From a virus (taxonomy: Duplodnaviria > Heunggongvirae > Uroviricota > Caudoviricetes), in the IMG/VR virus record IMGVR_UViG_3300005573_001627: a DNA stretch of 64,000 nt. The stretch is one strand, 5' to 3'. Made by a program: the position numbers and the translations under genes. Positions 1 to 9,407 of this stretch are shown here, one piece after another; position 1 is the stretch's first letter, and each line of letters opens with the position of its first letter. The notes under the pieces are model-generated. The model made no database searches, was not told the DNA's origin, and worked only from the letters and a program-made list of their open reading frames with translations.

Positions 1-19
1 CTGCGATAATGGAACGGTT

Positions 20-619
20 GTGATGTCAGGAGATTATGGAACATTATGTTGGCAAAGAAATTGGCACTCTGCAACTGAAAAAGATTTCCAAAGAGATTAT
101 GGTTTCCCAAATAAAGAAACAGGGATTGGCTATTTTGCTGAAAAAGTTTGTCAATTTGGAATACCACAGCAAATAGAAGAATGGAACAAAGAGAAAGCAA
201 TAGCAGATTTGAAAGAATTTGCAAAAAGTTATGAGTTAGAAAATGATGAGAAGATGAAAAGTCTAATTGAAGAAACAGAAGGACTTGAAGAATGGAATGA
301 AGATGGCTTTTATGAGATAAGAAACCAATATGACGATTGGGATATGTGGGAGAGCAAGATAGGGATAAGATACACCGAGCAGTTTATATTTATGTTCAAG
401 ATATTACAATCTGTTTCAGAACAGATTTGGGAAGTGATAAATAATCAAGATAAGAAAAATGAAAGAGAGCAATTAGAATTTTGTGGCATTTTAGACACTT
501 GGTATAATGAATGTAAAGGGCAATTTACAGGAACACATCCTTTGGGGATGAGAAAAGAAGATTTGAAAAGCCAAGTTTGTAAATGGATAGAAGAAAAGAA
601 ATTTGATAAATCAAAATGA
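20..619 (+). CDS. hypothetical protein (acidic, Trp-rich)
   Basis: 199-aa ORF; stop overlaps next start (ATGA at 616). Confidence 0.5.
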   Translation: MMSGDYGTLCWQRNWHSATEKDFQRDYGFPNKETGIGYFAEKVCQFGIPQQIEEWNKEKAIADLKEFAKSYELENDEKMKSLIEETEGLEEWNEDGFYEIRNQYDDWDMWESKIGIRYTEQFIFMFKILQSVSEQIWEVINNQDKKNEREQLEFCGILDTWYNECKGQFTGTHPLGMRKEDLKSQVCKWIEEKKFDKSK

Positions 620-1101
620 AAAATGAATTTTATTTTTTAAGCATAGTTGATAAAGATATAGAAAAGATTTGTCAATACAGCAAGATAATTGAAGAAATGT
701 ATGACAAAGATACTTTAACAGGACTTAATTTGGCTAAAACAAGGGATGGTAATTATCTTCTTGGATTAACCTTAAAATCAGAACTAATGCAAAAGACAGC
801 GAAAAATATCGCTGAGCGTTTTAAGTTTAATAAGATTACAACAAAAGAAGAAAATTGGATTGAATTAATGACGATTGCAGAAATGTGTATTATTGGGAAT
901 TTTACCTATAAAATGATTACAGAACAAGAAAATCCCCAAACGATTAGCGTTGATATGGAAACATATAAGCGTTTGAAAGAAGCGTATGAAAAAGCAATTA
1001 AGGAAGGCAAAGAAGTTTTTGCATTTGAAAATGGAGAGTTATTAGTAAGTTATGCTAAATATCTTTTACAATATTTGGAGATGAAATTAAATGTCCACTA
1101 A
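616..1101 (+). CDS. hypothetical protein
   Basis: 161-aa ORF, translationally coupled on both sides. Confidence 0.5.
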   Translation: MKNEFYFLSIVDKDIEKICQYSKIIEEMYDKDTLTGLNLAKTRDGNYLLGLTLKSELMQKTAKNIAERFKFNKITTKEENWIELMTIAEMCIIGNFTYKMITEQENPQTISVDMETYKRLKEAYEKAIKEGKEVFAFENGELLVSYAKYLLQYLEMKLNVH

Positions 1102-1594
1102 AATATATGACGCTTTTGTCTATAAAGGAAATATAGAAAATTTGATGAAATGGTTATTTCAAAAGAAAGAGCAATACAAAGAACTTAAAAAAGAAGAAAT
1201 TGCTCGTCTATTTAGAGGACAGAAGAAAATTCAAAAAGAAAATTATTTTATGATTGCTGAATTAATAGAAAAATCAGTAAAAAAGCAGATAAATGCAGTT
1301 ACAAATTATCAAGCACAGGCAGTTATTTATTTTTACAAAAAAAAGATTTATATTAAGTTTTTTAGCGTACCATCAAAACTCTTGCCAAAGGACAAAAAAT
1401 TTATTGATTTTCATTATCAAAATTCAACTGATAAACCTGATAATATCTCTAATAAAGAATGGGCATATAGAGAAAGAACTTGGGATAAAATACTCAAGCA
1501 TAACACTACCTTTGGAGAAGATGGATTAACTTTTGAATTTACTCCACCTTATTTTGGATTTGAAATAGCGAGGTATATAATAAATGGAAACTAA
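1091..1594 (+). CDS. hypothetical protein
   Basis: 167-aa ORF; overlaps neighbours by 11 nt. Confidence 0.5.
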   Translation: MSTKIYDAFVYKGNIENLMKWLFQKKEQYKELKKEEIARLFRGQKKIQKENYFMIAELIEKSVKKQINAVTNYQAQAVIYFYKKKIYIKFFSVPSKLLPKDKKFIDFHYQNSTDKPDNISNKEWAYRERTWDKILKHNTTFGEDGLTFEFTPPYFGFEIARYIINGN

Positions 1595-1922
1595 AGTAGT
1601 ACTTTGTGATGAATGTAAAAAGCAACTTGCAAAGGAAAAATGCAGGATTTGCGAGAGAGACATATGTTCAAGATGTAGAATAATCTTATCAGTTAATCTT
1701 TCTCCAAAAATAAAAAACTATGATAGTGATGAAGAAAGGAATAGTCAAGTGGCGTTAGGTAGTTGTTTTATCTGCAAAACTTGCAAAAGAAATATGAAAA
1801 TACTAACAAAGAAAGGACACCAAGATATTATCCAAAAGATTGTAGAATATGTTAAAAATGAGATTGTTATTGGAGAATTAGAAGGCGAAAAAAATGAAAC
1901 AGGAAGGAGTAGAAAATGTTAG
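1584..1922 (+). CDS. zinc-ribbon (multi-CxxC) protein
   Basis: CDEC..CRIC..CSRC..CFICKTC Cys pairs. Confidence 0.55.
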   Translation: METKVVLCDECKKQLAKEKCRICERDICSRCRIILSVNLSPKIKNYDSDEERNSQVALGSCFICKTCKRNMKILTKKGHQDIIQKIVEYVKNEIVIGELEGEKNETGRSRKC

Positions 1923-2320
1923 ACAAAACAGGAAAACAGATAGATTGGGAATTAAAGAATACTGTTCATATTTGCCACGAATGTTCTGAAAAGATGAGGA
2001 AAGACTGGCAGAAAAGAAATCGGCGCTTGAAAATCCGTGAGGGCGATTTTGTCAAGGTTGCGATTAAAGATGAAAACCAGATAATAGAAAACCTCTGGTT
2101 TGAAGTATTAACAATTAATAAAAAATGTCCGACTTGTAAATCAAAAAAGATTAAAGAAATTGAACACAAAGAGTATACGCATATCTGCGAGAAATGTGGA
2201 GATGAGTTTTGCGAGTTTGTTGGCAGATGTGATAATGTTCCTTTAGAAATAGAAAATATTAAACTTGATGGGATAACTCATTTTAAATTTAAAGATATTG
2301 GGAATTATTTACCAAAATGA
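1916..2320 (+). CDS. Cys-rich zinc-binding protein
   Basis: CHEC, CPTC, CEKCGDEFC motifs; 134 aa. Confidence 0.55.
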   Translation: MLDKTGKQIDWELKNTVHICHECSEKMRKDWQKRNRRLKIREGDFVKVAIKDENQIIENLWFEVLTINKKCPTCKSKKIKEIEHKEYTHICEKCGDEFCEFVGRCDNVPLEIENIKLDGITHFKFKDIGNYLPK

Positions 2321-2559
2321 AAGAAATATATTGCACTTTTTGTAAATCAAAAATAACTTACGAAAAATATATGGAATTAAAAAATGAGATAATTATTTCA
2401 TTTAAAACCGATTGTATTGAAAAACCTATTGCAATTTTGCCTTGTTGTGATAATTGTAGAGAAATTTTAAATTATGCAAAATGGGGGGAAACAAATGCAA
2501 AAGAAAAATTAACAGATTATCTAAAAAATATGATAAGCCTATTTGAACTAACAAAATGA
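2317..2559 (+). CDS. small zinc-ribbon protein
   Basis: CTFC..CCDNC; ATGA overlap with upstream gene. Confidence 0.5.
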   Translation: MKEIYCTFCKSKITYEKYMELKNEIIISFKTDCIEKPIAILPCCDNCREILNYAKWGETNAKEKLTDYLKNMISLFELTK

Positions 2560-2891
2560 TTAAGAAATTAAAACAAACAAAAGAACTTGAATTGATAGAA
2601 CAAAGAACTTACTTTGTCAGAAGCAAGAAACTTAATGAGGATATATCTATTCATTCTCATTTAAAATCTGCGAGAAATCATTATAACTCTTTAATTAGAG
2701 GTTTAAAGATAAGAATGAGTTTGCCTGAAAAGATTAAAATAGATAAAAAATTACAGAACAAAGAAGGATGTGGCAAGAGTTTATTACCAAAACCATCGTA
2801 TTCTCTTTGTGGAGATGCGACATATCAAGGAACAAAGATTAGGGCTTTTTGTGATAACTGCCGAAGAAAGTTTTTGGGAGTGAAAAAATGA
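2556..2891 (+). CDS. hypothetical protein with C-terminal CxxC..CDNC
   Basis: 111-aa ORF, ATGA coupling. Confidence 0.45.
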   Translation: MIKKLKQTKELELIEQRTYFVRSKKLNEDISIHSHLKSARNHYNSLIRGLKIRMSLPEKIKIDKKLQNKEGCGKSLLPKPSYSLCGDATYQGTKIRAFCDNCRRKFLGVKK

Positions 2892-3106
2892 ATTTGAAAA
2901 AAATTTATAGATTAGTAATGTTGTGGGCTATGATATGTTTACCACTTTGGTTTATCTTTATACTTATCGGTGGCAGGATATTCAAAGAAAGCGATAAGGT
3001 AATTATGTTTTCCTCTTTACCTTATATTATAATAGGGATATTGATTATTATATTCAGAAATAAATTGGAAGATGGAGAAGAAAATGCGAAACCTAAAGAA
3101 ATGTGA
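2888..3106 (+). CDS. small membrane protein (2 TM)
   Basis: hydrophobic 72-aa ORF. Confidence 0.45.
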   Translation: MNLKKIYRLVMLWAMICLPLWFIFILIGGRIFKESDKVIMFSSLPYIIIGILIIIFRNKLEDGEENAKPKEM

Positions 3107-3329
3107 ACAAAAGAAATGTGGTTTTTTGATAATGGGAATGGGTTGCAGGGCTTGTGAGTGTTGCAAAGCCGAGCCATATATGGTTGATGATAATTGCGAC
3201 GCTTGTTGGAATTGCTCACACGATGAAGGGATTTTGCGATGGGATGACAACAATATTGATGAAGAAATGACTATTCAAGAGAAAGAGAAAGAAGAAGAAG
3301 AAAAAATAGAAGTGATAGCGAGGCATTAA
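3072..3329 (+). CDS. Cys-rich protein with acidic tail
   Basis: 11 Cys in 85 aa (CRACECC, CDACWNC). Confidence 0.45.
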   Translation: MEKKMRNLKKCEQKKCGFLIMGMGCRACECCKAEPYMVDDNCDACWNCSHDEGILRWDDNNIDEEMTIQEKEKEEEEKIEVIARH

Positions 3330-3455
3330 TGAGAATTAATCAAGGAGTTGTTGGGATAATAAGTTCGGTTTTAGGAATAATCTTATTTCATTATTTAGGA
3401 ATGGATAATTATAATGCTTTGTTTTTTATGCTCTTTGGCTTTAGTTTAGTCAGAT

Positions 3456-3638
3456 TTGATAAATATTGGGGAGAAAAAAATGATGACTAAAGTTGCGATT
3501 AGAGATTGTCAAGATTGCACAGAACGAATTATGATTTTATGTAGTGAAAATTCTCAAATAATTGCAGTTAGATGTCCTAAATGCTATAAAAAATTTAAAT
3601 TAAAAAATAAGAAATTTATGAAAAATGGTCCATTATAG
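3456..3638 (+). CDS. zinc-ribbon protein
   Basis: CQDC..CPKC. Confidence 0.45.
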   Translation: MINIGEKKMMTKVAIRDCQDCTERIMILCSENSQIIAVRCPKCYKKFKLKNKKFMKNGPL

Positions 3639-5286
3639 ATTACCTTTCAAAGAAAATTGGAACAAGGAAATGAGAAAAATTCTTGTAGAGGAATTGAGCA
3701 AGAAGTTAGGCATAGAAATTGGTATAAGAACGAATGATGGAGTTTCTCCATATATTGAATTTGATGAGGATAGTGTTAGAATTAGAAGATTAACTCATTT
3801 ATCTGAAAAAGAACAAAATAAAATAATGAAAAATGCAGAAGTTATTTATAAATCATTTGAAGATGGAGAAGAAAATGTCAAAAAAACTTTAAAAGAATTA
3901 ACAAAAACAGGAATGATAGAAGGAGAAAAAGAGAATAATATTCGCCTTACTGAAAAAGGAAATAAAGTTGCAGAAGAATTTTTAGGAAATCTTAATCCTA
4001 TTGAAAAAAAAATAGTTGATGAACAAATGCGTTTAGCAGGAAAGAAAGTTTGGACTTGCCCTCGTTGCAAAAAAGAAACCGAGGATATTCCAGCGATTTC
4101 AAGAAAAGATAATAAAACAGAAATCTGTACTGATTGTGGAACAGAAGAAGGATTAATTCCTGAATATCTGAATAAAGGATATTCTCTTGAAGACGCTGAG
4201 AAAGAAGCGAGGAAAGTTGTTGAAAGGATAAGAAGCCAAGAGAAAAGGTTAGATGAATTAGAAAATAAAACTTATCATACTAACTTATCAAATGAAGAAA
4301 TCAAAAAGATTTTGCAAAGACATCCTAACTTAAAAGCGACTTGGACGGATGAAGCAGATTATACTAATCCACTTATCCCCTTAAATATTCCTGAAAATGA
4401 CAGACTGATTAATTATCAAGTCCTGAAAGGATTTGCAGAAAGAGTGTATCTTACAATAGACAGGAATAAATTGATTGAAAACCCTTATGAAAACAAAGAA
4501 ATATATTTGATGGATTATTGGCTTTCTCCTGTTTTAGAGAATGGAATGGTTTTCCAAGTTGAAGATGAAGATATTGGAATGGCATTATTAAATGATTATT
4601 TTGAAGGAGAAAGTTCTTTTCAAACTATGATTATTGATTGTAAATTCCCAATAGGAGAAAAGACATTTTATTGTTTAGGAGTTGGTTCATATTATACTGA
4701 AAATAAAATACATTATAGGGCAGTAACCACTTGTTATGAGAAAGATGGGAAAATGTATTTAGCGATGTTTGCTTTAGACAAAACAGAACTTATGGAAGAT
4801 AATGGTTTTAATCTAACTCCAAAAGAAGTAAAACAATTAAGAAGTGTTGTTTTTGGTTGTTTTAATTTATTTAATGAGCAAGATGTGAAAATGATTGATA
4901 GACCTGAAAATCCCAAGAATAATATCAGGCGGAGAGAAAAGGGAAGAATTACTTTACCATCTTTTAAAATTGTGAGGATTACAGGAGAATTAAAACAATA
5001 CTCTCAAAGAATTGCAACAGGGATTAAAAGACGAGGCTATAATTATAAATTTTGGGTAAGAGGAACTTATATGCACTTCTTTGATAAGAAAAAGCATAAA
5101 AGACTTTATGCTATGAAAGAAGATGAAACAGAATTATTTAAAGAAAGGACAACCAAAAATAAAGATGGAAGTATTCAAAAATGGAGATATAAGAAAGATA
5201 AGAATGGAATTATTATCAGATGGCGTAGGGCTTTTGAAAAAGGAGAAGGATTGCATATTAAACAGATGTATAAATATGGAAAATGA
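3625..5286 (+). CDS. large hypothetical protein with central zinc ribbon
   Basis: 553 aa; CPRC..CTDCG; no recognisable catalytic motifs. Confidence 0.55.
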   Translation: MVHYRLPFKENWNKEMRKILVEELSKKLGIEIGIRTNDGVSPYIEFDEDSVRIRRLTHLSEKEQNKIMKNAEVIYKSFEDGEENVKKTLKELTKTGMIEGEKENNIRLTEKGNKVAEEFLGNLNPIEKKIVDEQMRLAGKKVWTCPRCKKETEDIPAISRKDNKTEICTDCGTEEGLIPEYLNKGYSLEDAEKEARKVVERIRSQEKRLDELENKTYHTNLSNEEIKKILQRHPNLKATWTDEADYTNPLIPLNIPENDRLINYQVLKGFAERVYLTIDRNKLIENPYENKEIYLMDYWLSPVLENGMVFQVEDEDIGMALLNDYFEGESSFQTMIIDCKFPIGEKTFYCLGVGSYYTENKIHYRAVTTCYEKDGKMYLAMFALDKTELMEDNGFNLTPKEVKQLRSVVFGCFNLFNEQDVKMIDRPENPKNNIRRREKGRITLPSFKIVRITGELKQYSQRIATGIKRRGYNYKFWVRGTYMHFFDKKKHKRLYAMKEDETELFKERTTKNKDGSIQKWRYKKDKNGIIIRWRRAFEKGEGLHIKQMYKYGK

Positions 5287-5410
5287 AAAAGGAAAGATGG
5301 GTTCACGGATTGGAATTAGATGGATTACGAGAGAATAATATGCCCTTTAAAATAATAAAAAAAGATGATTTTGACAATTATCTTATAGAAGAAGATATAG
5401 AGGTATTATA

Positions 5411-5644
5411 ATGAAGAAAACAAAATGTGAATATTGTAATGAAGATGGGAATGTAAATGCAACTATGCCAACAGGTGCAGGGATATTTCGGGGGATTTTA
5501 TGTATAAAGCATAGTTTAGAATTACACGATAATCCTGAAATCCTTTTTAAAATAATAAAACAAAGAGCAGAAAAGAGGAATATTAAATTACCTGTTAACG
5601 AAGTCGCAAAAATGGAGGAAATTTTAAATGGAAAAATTGATTGA
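5411..5644 (+). CDS. small hypothetical (CEYC)
   Basis: 77-aa ORF preceded by GGAGG-like SD. Confidence 0.4.
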   Translation: MKKTKCEYCNEDGNVNATMPTGAGIFRGILCIKHSLELHDNPEILFKIIKQRAEKRNIKLPVNEVAKMEEILNGKID

Positions 5645-6128
5645 AATCCACGAGAAAGTGAAAAATCATCCATTTAGGTTAAATCACTCTGATTGGAAAG
5701 GGTTTTATAAATTACTTGGAGAGTTAGACAAAGAATTTACAAAAGAACTCGAGATTAAATTTGAAAAAAATTACAAGATAGAGTGGAGTTATTTTATCCA
5801 CGAACTTAGAAGTGCGATTTGGCATTTTAAATTTGAGTTTAATGAGGATACAGGAGAAGGAACAGGCGATTATGGTAGACTTGGACTTAATTCAGAAGAA
5901 AATATCAAGGAAGGTTATGGGGTAATTAATTCTGAAAAGCAAAGAGAAGTCATAGTAGCAATAGAAAGTTATATTCAACAAATTCATCATTTTATAGATA
6001 CTAACGGAGTATTTGAAGAATATATTACTTATTATTTTGGTTGTAACAACAAAGAAGGTGAAAGCCGATGGAATAAATTTAAATTAAACAAACTTAAAAA
6101 TGAGTTTGAATTTGTAGGAAAATTATAA
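5628..6128 (+). CDS. hypothetical protein
   Basis: 166-aa ORF. Confidence 0.45.
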   Translation: MEKLIEIHEKVKNHPFRLNHSDWKGFYKLLGELDKEFTKELEIKFEKNYKIEWSYFIHELRSAIWHFKFEFNEDTGEGTGDYGRLGLNSEENIKEGYGVINSEKQREVIVAIESYIQQIHHFIDTNGVFEEYITYYFGCNNKEGESRWNKFKLNKLKNEFEFVGKL

Positions 6129-6412
6129 TGATACCTAAAAATAAAAAACTACAAGAATTGTATAATCAAAAGATTAATTTGATTAAGGAATTAGCCAAAA
6201 TAACTAATAACATAGAAAAATGTTTAGAAAAATGTAAACATAAAATAATCAAACAAGGAGATTTTGACGGAGCAATCGCAGTTTGCGAAGAATGTGGGAA
6301 ACATTTTGGTTGGTGGTGTGAAGAAAGCAAAGAGCATTTATGCAAATATGATGAAGAAGATATAGCCCACGATAATTGCATTTATTGTCATAAACCAGAG
6401 GAAAGAAAATGA
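6128..6412 (+). CDS. Cys/His-rich zinc-binding protein
   Basis: CLEKCKHK, CEECG, CIYCH. Confidence 0.45.
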   Translation: MIPKNKKLQELYNQKINLIKELAKITNNIEKCLEKCKHKIIKQGDFDGAIAVCEECGKHFGWWCEESKEHLCKYDEEDIAHDNCIYCHKPEERK

Positions 6413-7440
6413 ATATAAATTTGTTTAATGAAGCAACAAGAATAATGAACCCTCATCCTATATATTTGGTTGGTGGTGCAGTTAGAGATTGCCTTTTGGG
6501 AAAAGAACCAAAAGATTATGATTTTTGCACTTCTGCAACTCCTGATATTATTGAAGAAAGAATACATCGTGATGGAAAACGTGCTTATTTGACTGGGAAA
6601 AGATTTGGTACGATTGGTTGTAAAATAGATGGGCAGATGATTGAGATTACTACATTTCGTTCAGAAGAATATGAAAAAGCAAACAGAAAACCAAAAGTGG
6701 CTTATGTAAAAAACCTACAGCAAGATTTGAGCAGAAGAGATTTCACTATTAATGCTATGGCGATGAGATTAATTAAAGGAAAGATAAAACTTGTGGATAT
6801 TTATGGTGGGAAAAAGGATTTAGAGTTAAAGATAATCCGTTGCGTTGGAAATCCTAAACAAAGATTTAAAGAGGACGCTTTGAGAATATTAAGAGCAATA
6901 CGCTTCGCTTCACAATTAGGATTTAAGATAGAAGATAAATCTTTTATAAAAATGAAGGAGATGGCTATATCCATTCTTAATATTTCAAAGGAAAGATGGA
7001 TTATGGAATTAGATAAGATATTCTTATCTGAGAATATAGGTATAGGGATTGATTATCTTTTTTCATCTAATTTGATTAAATATATTATCCCTGAAATGTC
7101 GCTTCAGGAAGGATATAACCAAAAAAGCAAGTATCATAATTTTACTTTACTTGAACATACAAAAAAAGTAGTAATTGCTACTCCACAAGAAATCAATCTC
7201 CGATGGGGTGCATTTTTGCACGATATTGCTAAACCCTTTGTTATGTCAGAAAATAAGAAAGGTTACAATAATTATATAGGACACGAGATACTTGGTGCAG
7301 AGATGGTTTTAAAATTAGCAGATTATCTCAAATGGAGTAATGAACGCAAAGACAAAGTCGTGGCTCTTGTACGAGAACATCTCAAAGATAATTCAGAATT
7401 AAGAAAGTATGATAATTTAGGGAAGAAAAATGAAAACTAA
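6409..7440 (+). CDS. cca: class II (bacterial-type) CCA-adding tRNA nucleotidyltransferase / poly(A) polymerase family with C-terminal HD domain
   Basis: GGAVRDCLLGKEPKDYD head motif, RRDFTINAMA motif, downstream HDIAKP..H HD signature. Confidence 0.85.
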   Translation: MNINLFNEATRIMNPHPIYLVGGAVRDCLLGKEPKDYDFCTSATPDIIEERIHRDGKRAYLTGKRFGTIGCKIDGQMIEITTFRSEEYEKANRKPKVAYVKNLQQDLSRRDFTINAMAMRLIKGKIKLVDIYGGKKDLELKIIRCVGNPKQRFKEDALRILRAIRFASQLGFKIEDKSFIKMKEMAISILNISKERWIMELDKIFLSENIGIGIDYLFSSNLIKYIIPEMSLQEGYNQKSKYHNFTLLEHTKKVVIATPQEINLRWGAFLHDIAKPFVMSENKKGYNNYIGHEILGAEMVLKLADYLKWSNERKDKVVALVREHLKDNSELRKYDNLGKKNEN

Positions 7441-7648
7441 AAAAATTGATTTTGTTTATAATTATTTAGAATACGAAATTCGCCTTAAATGTAAATGCAA
7501 AAACGAGATTATTATTAGTGGAGATGATGATTGGAGAGGTAACATCTGCCCTAAATGTAAAAGAAAATATCAGTTTCAATTAAATGGAAAAGTGAAAGAA
7601 ATTAAGGGAAAAAATGATAAACGGAATAGAAACAAGCCCATCAAATAG
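7430..7648 (+). CDS. zinc-ribbon protein
   Basis: CKCKN..CPKCKRKY. Confidence 0.45.
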   Translation: MKTKKIDFVYNYLEYEIRLKCKCKNEIIISGDDDWRGNICPKCKRKYQFQLNGKVKEIKGKNDKRNRNKPIK

Positions 7649-7832
7649 AGCAAATTGTATTAAATGTAGGCGTCCTATCCTCAAGGGAGAACTGAGAGGC
7701 AAAATCTATAATGACAGATTTAATAGTTTCAATTTTGTATGCGAAGAATGTGCATATAAAGAAATTTTATCAAATATTGAGGAATTACAAAAGATGAAAC
7801 AAGAATTAGAATTAGTAGGAGTAACAGAGTAG
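7614..7832 (+). CDS. zinc-finger protein
   Basis: CIKCRRP..CEECAYKE. Confidence 0.45.
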   Translation: MINGIETSPSNRANCIKCRRPILKGELRGKIYNDRFNSFNFVCEECAYKEILSNIEELQKMKQELELVGVTE

Positions 7833-7968
7833 TCTCTTTTACCGCTACTCCATAATTGACCATTTTACGCATAAAAAAGTTTAAAATTTGATGAAAAATG
7901 ATAAAAAATATAAAAAATGCAAAGATTTATAAACCACTTTTGAGTGACAATAAATGGAGAAATGAACT

Positions 7969-8448
7969 ATGAAAAATGAATTAAAAAATCCAAGATTTTG
8001 CAAGATTTGTAACAAAGATGTAAATATTTACCAATTTAAAATTGGCAGTAAGAACTGCAAAGAGATGTTGGTAAGTGATGAGGGCATTTTCTTTGGTGGT
8101 TTCTGGTTCTGTAATGATTGTTGGGATTGGATATTGAATACTCCAAAAAATATCAAATGGGATATAATCAAAGAACAAGTCGCTATTGAAGAACCAAAGA
8201 AAATTGTGATAGACTTATTGAGAGGATTAACAGAAGAACAGAAAGATTTAATCAAATATCTGACTGCGAGATTTAGGAATAATAAAGGTTTTACCCCATT
8301 AGGATTTTCTCTTGATATCAAGACAGGCGATTTATATTATTTTGATAAACTAATTTCATTCACAGTTCCGATGGAAAAGAAAATTGAAAAAGAAATAATC
8401 CAATTAAATAAATCAGGAGGAAAATACGATGCAAAAGATACTCTGTAA
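7969..8448 (+). CDS. hypothetical protein with N-terminal CxxC
   Basis: 159-aa ORF; CKICNKD..CNDCWDW. Confidence 0.45.
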   Translation: MKNELKNPRFCKICNKDVNIYQFKIGSKNCKEMLVSDEGIFFGGFWFCNDCWDWILNTPKNIKWDIIKEQVAIEEPKKIVIDLLRGLTEEQKDLIKYLTARFRNNKGFTPLGFSLDIKTGDLYYFDKLISFTVPMEKKIEKEIIQLNKSGGKYDAKDTL

Positions 8449-9010
8449 AATAACAGGAACAAGTCCATTATTGATGAACAGATACAACATAGAAAAACAA
8501 CTTGATAGCAAGAAATTGAAGAGAGTTATTGTTCAGCATATCCCAGAAGAAGAAGCAGAAGAAGCGGCTTATTGGAGTAGCACAGGTAAACGAGAGTTGG
8601 TAATACCAACTGGCGTTATTTACGCGGCGTTACTGAATGCGAGTTCATTCCATAAGATTAACAAGCGTTCTGCAAGAACAATTTTGGCTGGGGCAATGCG
8701 AGTGGTTGCTTTAGACGGCTCTGAAGAAATCAGATTAGGCACTGACAAGTATGTTATAGATACTCGTGGTGTTGTAATCAATAAAGCAAGGGTCCCTAAG
8801 TCCAGAGCAAAGTTGGAGAAATGGCAGGCAGAATTTTATATCGTTTTCAACGATAATTTAATTCCTAATGCAGAACACATCCGACCAGTTTTGGAAGAAG
8901 CAGGACAAAGAGTTGGAATAATGGATTTCAGACCAAACAGAAGTGGTTGGTTCGGCACGTTCGAAGTAGATAAGTTCCAATTAGTAGAAGACAAGAAGAA
9001 AGCCAAATAA
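8429..9010 (+). CDS. hypothetical protein (locally GC-enriched)
   Basis: 193-aa ORF, atypical codon usage; followed by strong hairpin. Confidence 0.5.
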   Translation: MQKILCKITGTSPLLMNRYNIEKQLDSKKLKRVIVQHIPEEEAEEAAYWSSTGKRELVIPTGVIYAALLNASSFHKINKRSARTILAGAMRVVALDGSEEIRLGTDKYVIDTRGVVINKARVPKSRAKLEKWQAEFYIVFNDNLIPNAEHIRPVLEEAGQRVGIMDFRPNRSGWFGTFEVDKFQLVEDKKKAK

Positions 9011-9027
9011 ATGCTCTTTACAAAGAG

Positions 9028-9051
9028 TAAGTAACCAGAAATGGTTACTTA
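9028..9051 (+). terminator. perfect 10-bp stem / GAAA tetraloop hairpin
   Basis: TAAGTAACCA-gaaa-TGGTTACTTA 18 nt after stop of 8429..9010. Confidence 0.5.
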
Positions 9052-9052
9052 T

Positions 9053-9168
9053 GGGAGAGTAGAGGAGTGGTTTCCCTCGTGATTAAGTATAAGTTCGCCC
9101 ACTGCCGTTATAACAGAAGGTAAACTATACTTAATCAAGTAGGTGTGGTTCAAATCCCACCTCTCCTA
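9053..9168 (+). tRNA. tRNA-like gene, probably with ~41-nt insert (intron) in anticodon arm; anticodon not assignable
   Basis: 7-bp acceptor GGGAGAG/CTCTCCT (G1-U72), U8-A9, D-stem GAGG/CCTC with GG loop, 8-bp extended anticodon helix TGATTAAG/CTTAATCA, T-loop GGTTCAAATCC; T-stem imperfect. Confidence 0.4.
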
Positions 9169-9179
9169 TTTTTTTGGTG

Positions 9180-9407
9180 GAGTGTAGTGCAAAGTGGTAG
9201 CGTCCTGTATTGTTGACTATTGTGCAGTTCTGCAAAGTTAGGTAAGGAATTATAATCAATTCAATCATATTTCGGTATAGTCCAGCGTGGCTCGGTAGTC
9301 CACTGTCCTGTACTGTGAAGCAAGGTAAGGAAATTATATTCATATTCAAGTGAGGGTAGGTGTGGTGTTGTCAAGTAAAATACTGCACGGTGGGGTTTGT
9401 TAAGGCA
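9180..9407 (+). repeat. three tandem G+T-rich leader units (AATCATATTC-box family)
   Basis: boxes aatcatatttcgg (9268) and attcatattcaag (9340); words GTCCTGT, GGTAAGG, GTGGTGTTGTC. Confidence 0.6.

Noticed and set aside
1293-1529. Alternative-frame internal ORFs (also 16808..17005, 26667..26912, 34530..34712, 39938..40126)
   Set aside because: They are embedded within longer, motif-supported ORFs in another frame.
3846-4070. Minus-strand ORFs nested in + strand genes (also 4734..4916, 5383..5673, 10426..10860, 19757..20197, 21979..22281, 38017..38511, 51647..52111, 33952..34203)
   Set aside because: Low-complexity S/F/L-rich translations typical of antisense AT-rich coding DNA. Each sits entirely inside a better-supported + strand gene.
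9131-9349. 72-aa minus-strand ORF
   Set aside because: It overlaps the tRNA-like element and the G+T-rich leader repeats. It is an antisense artefact.
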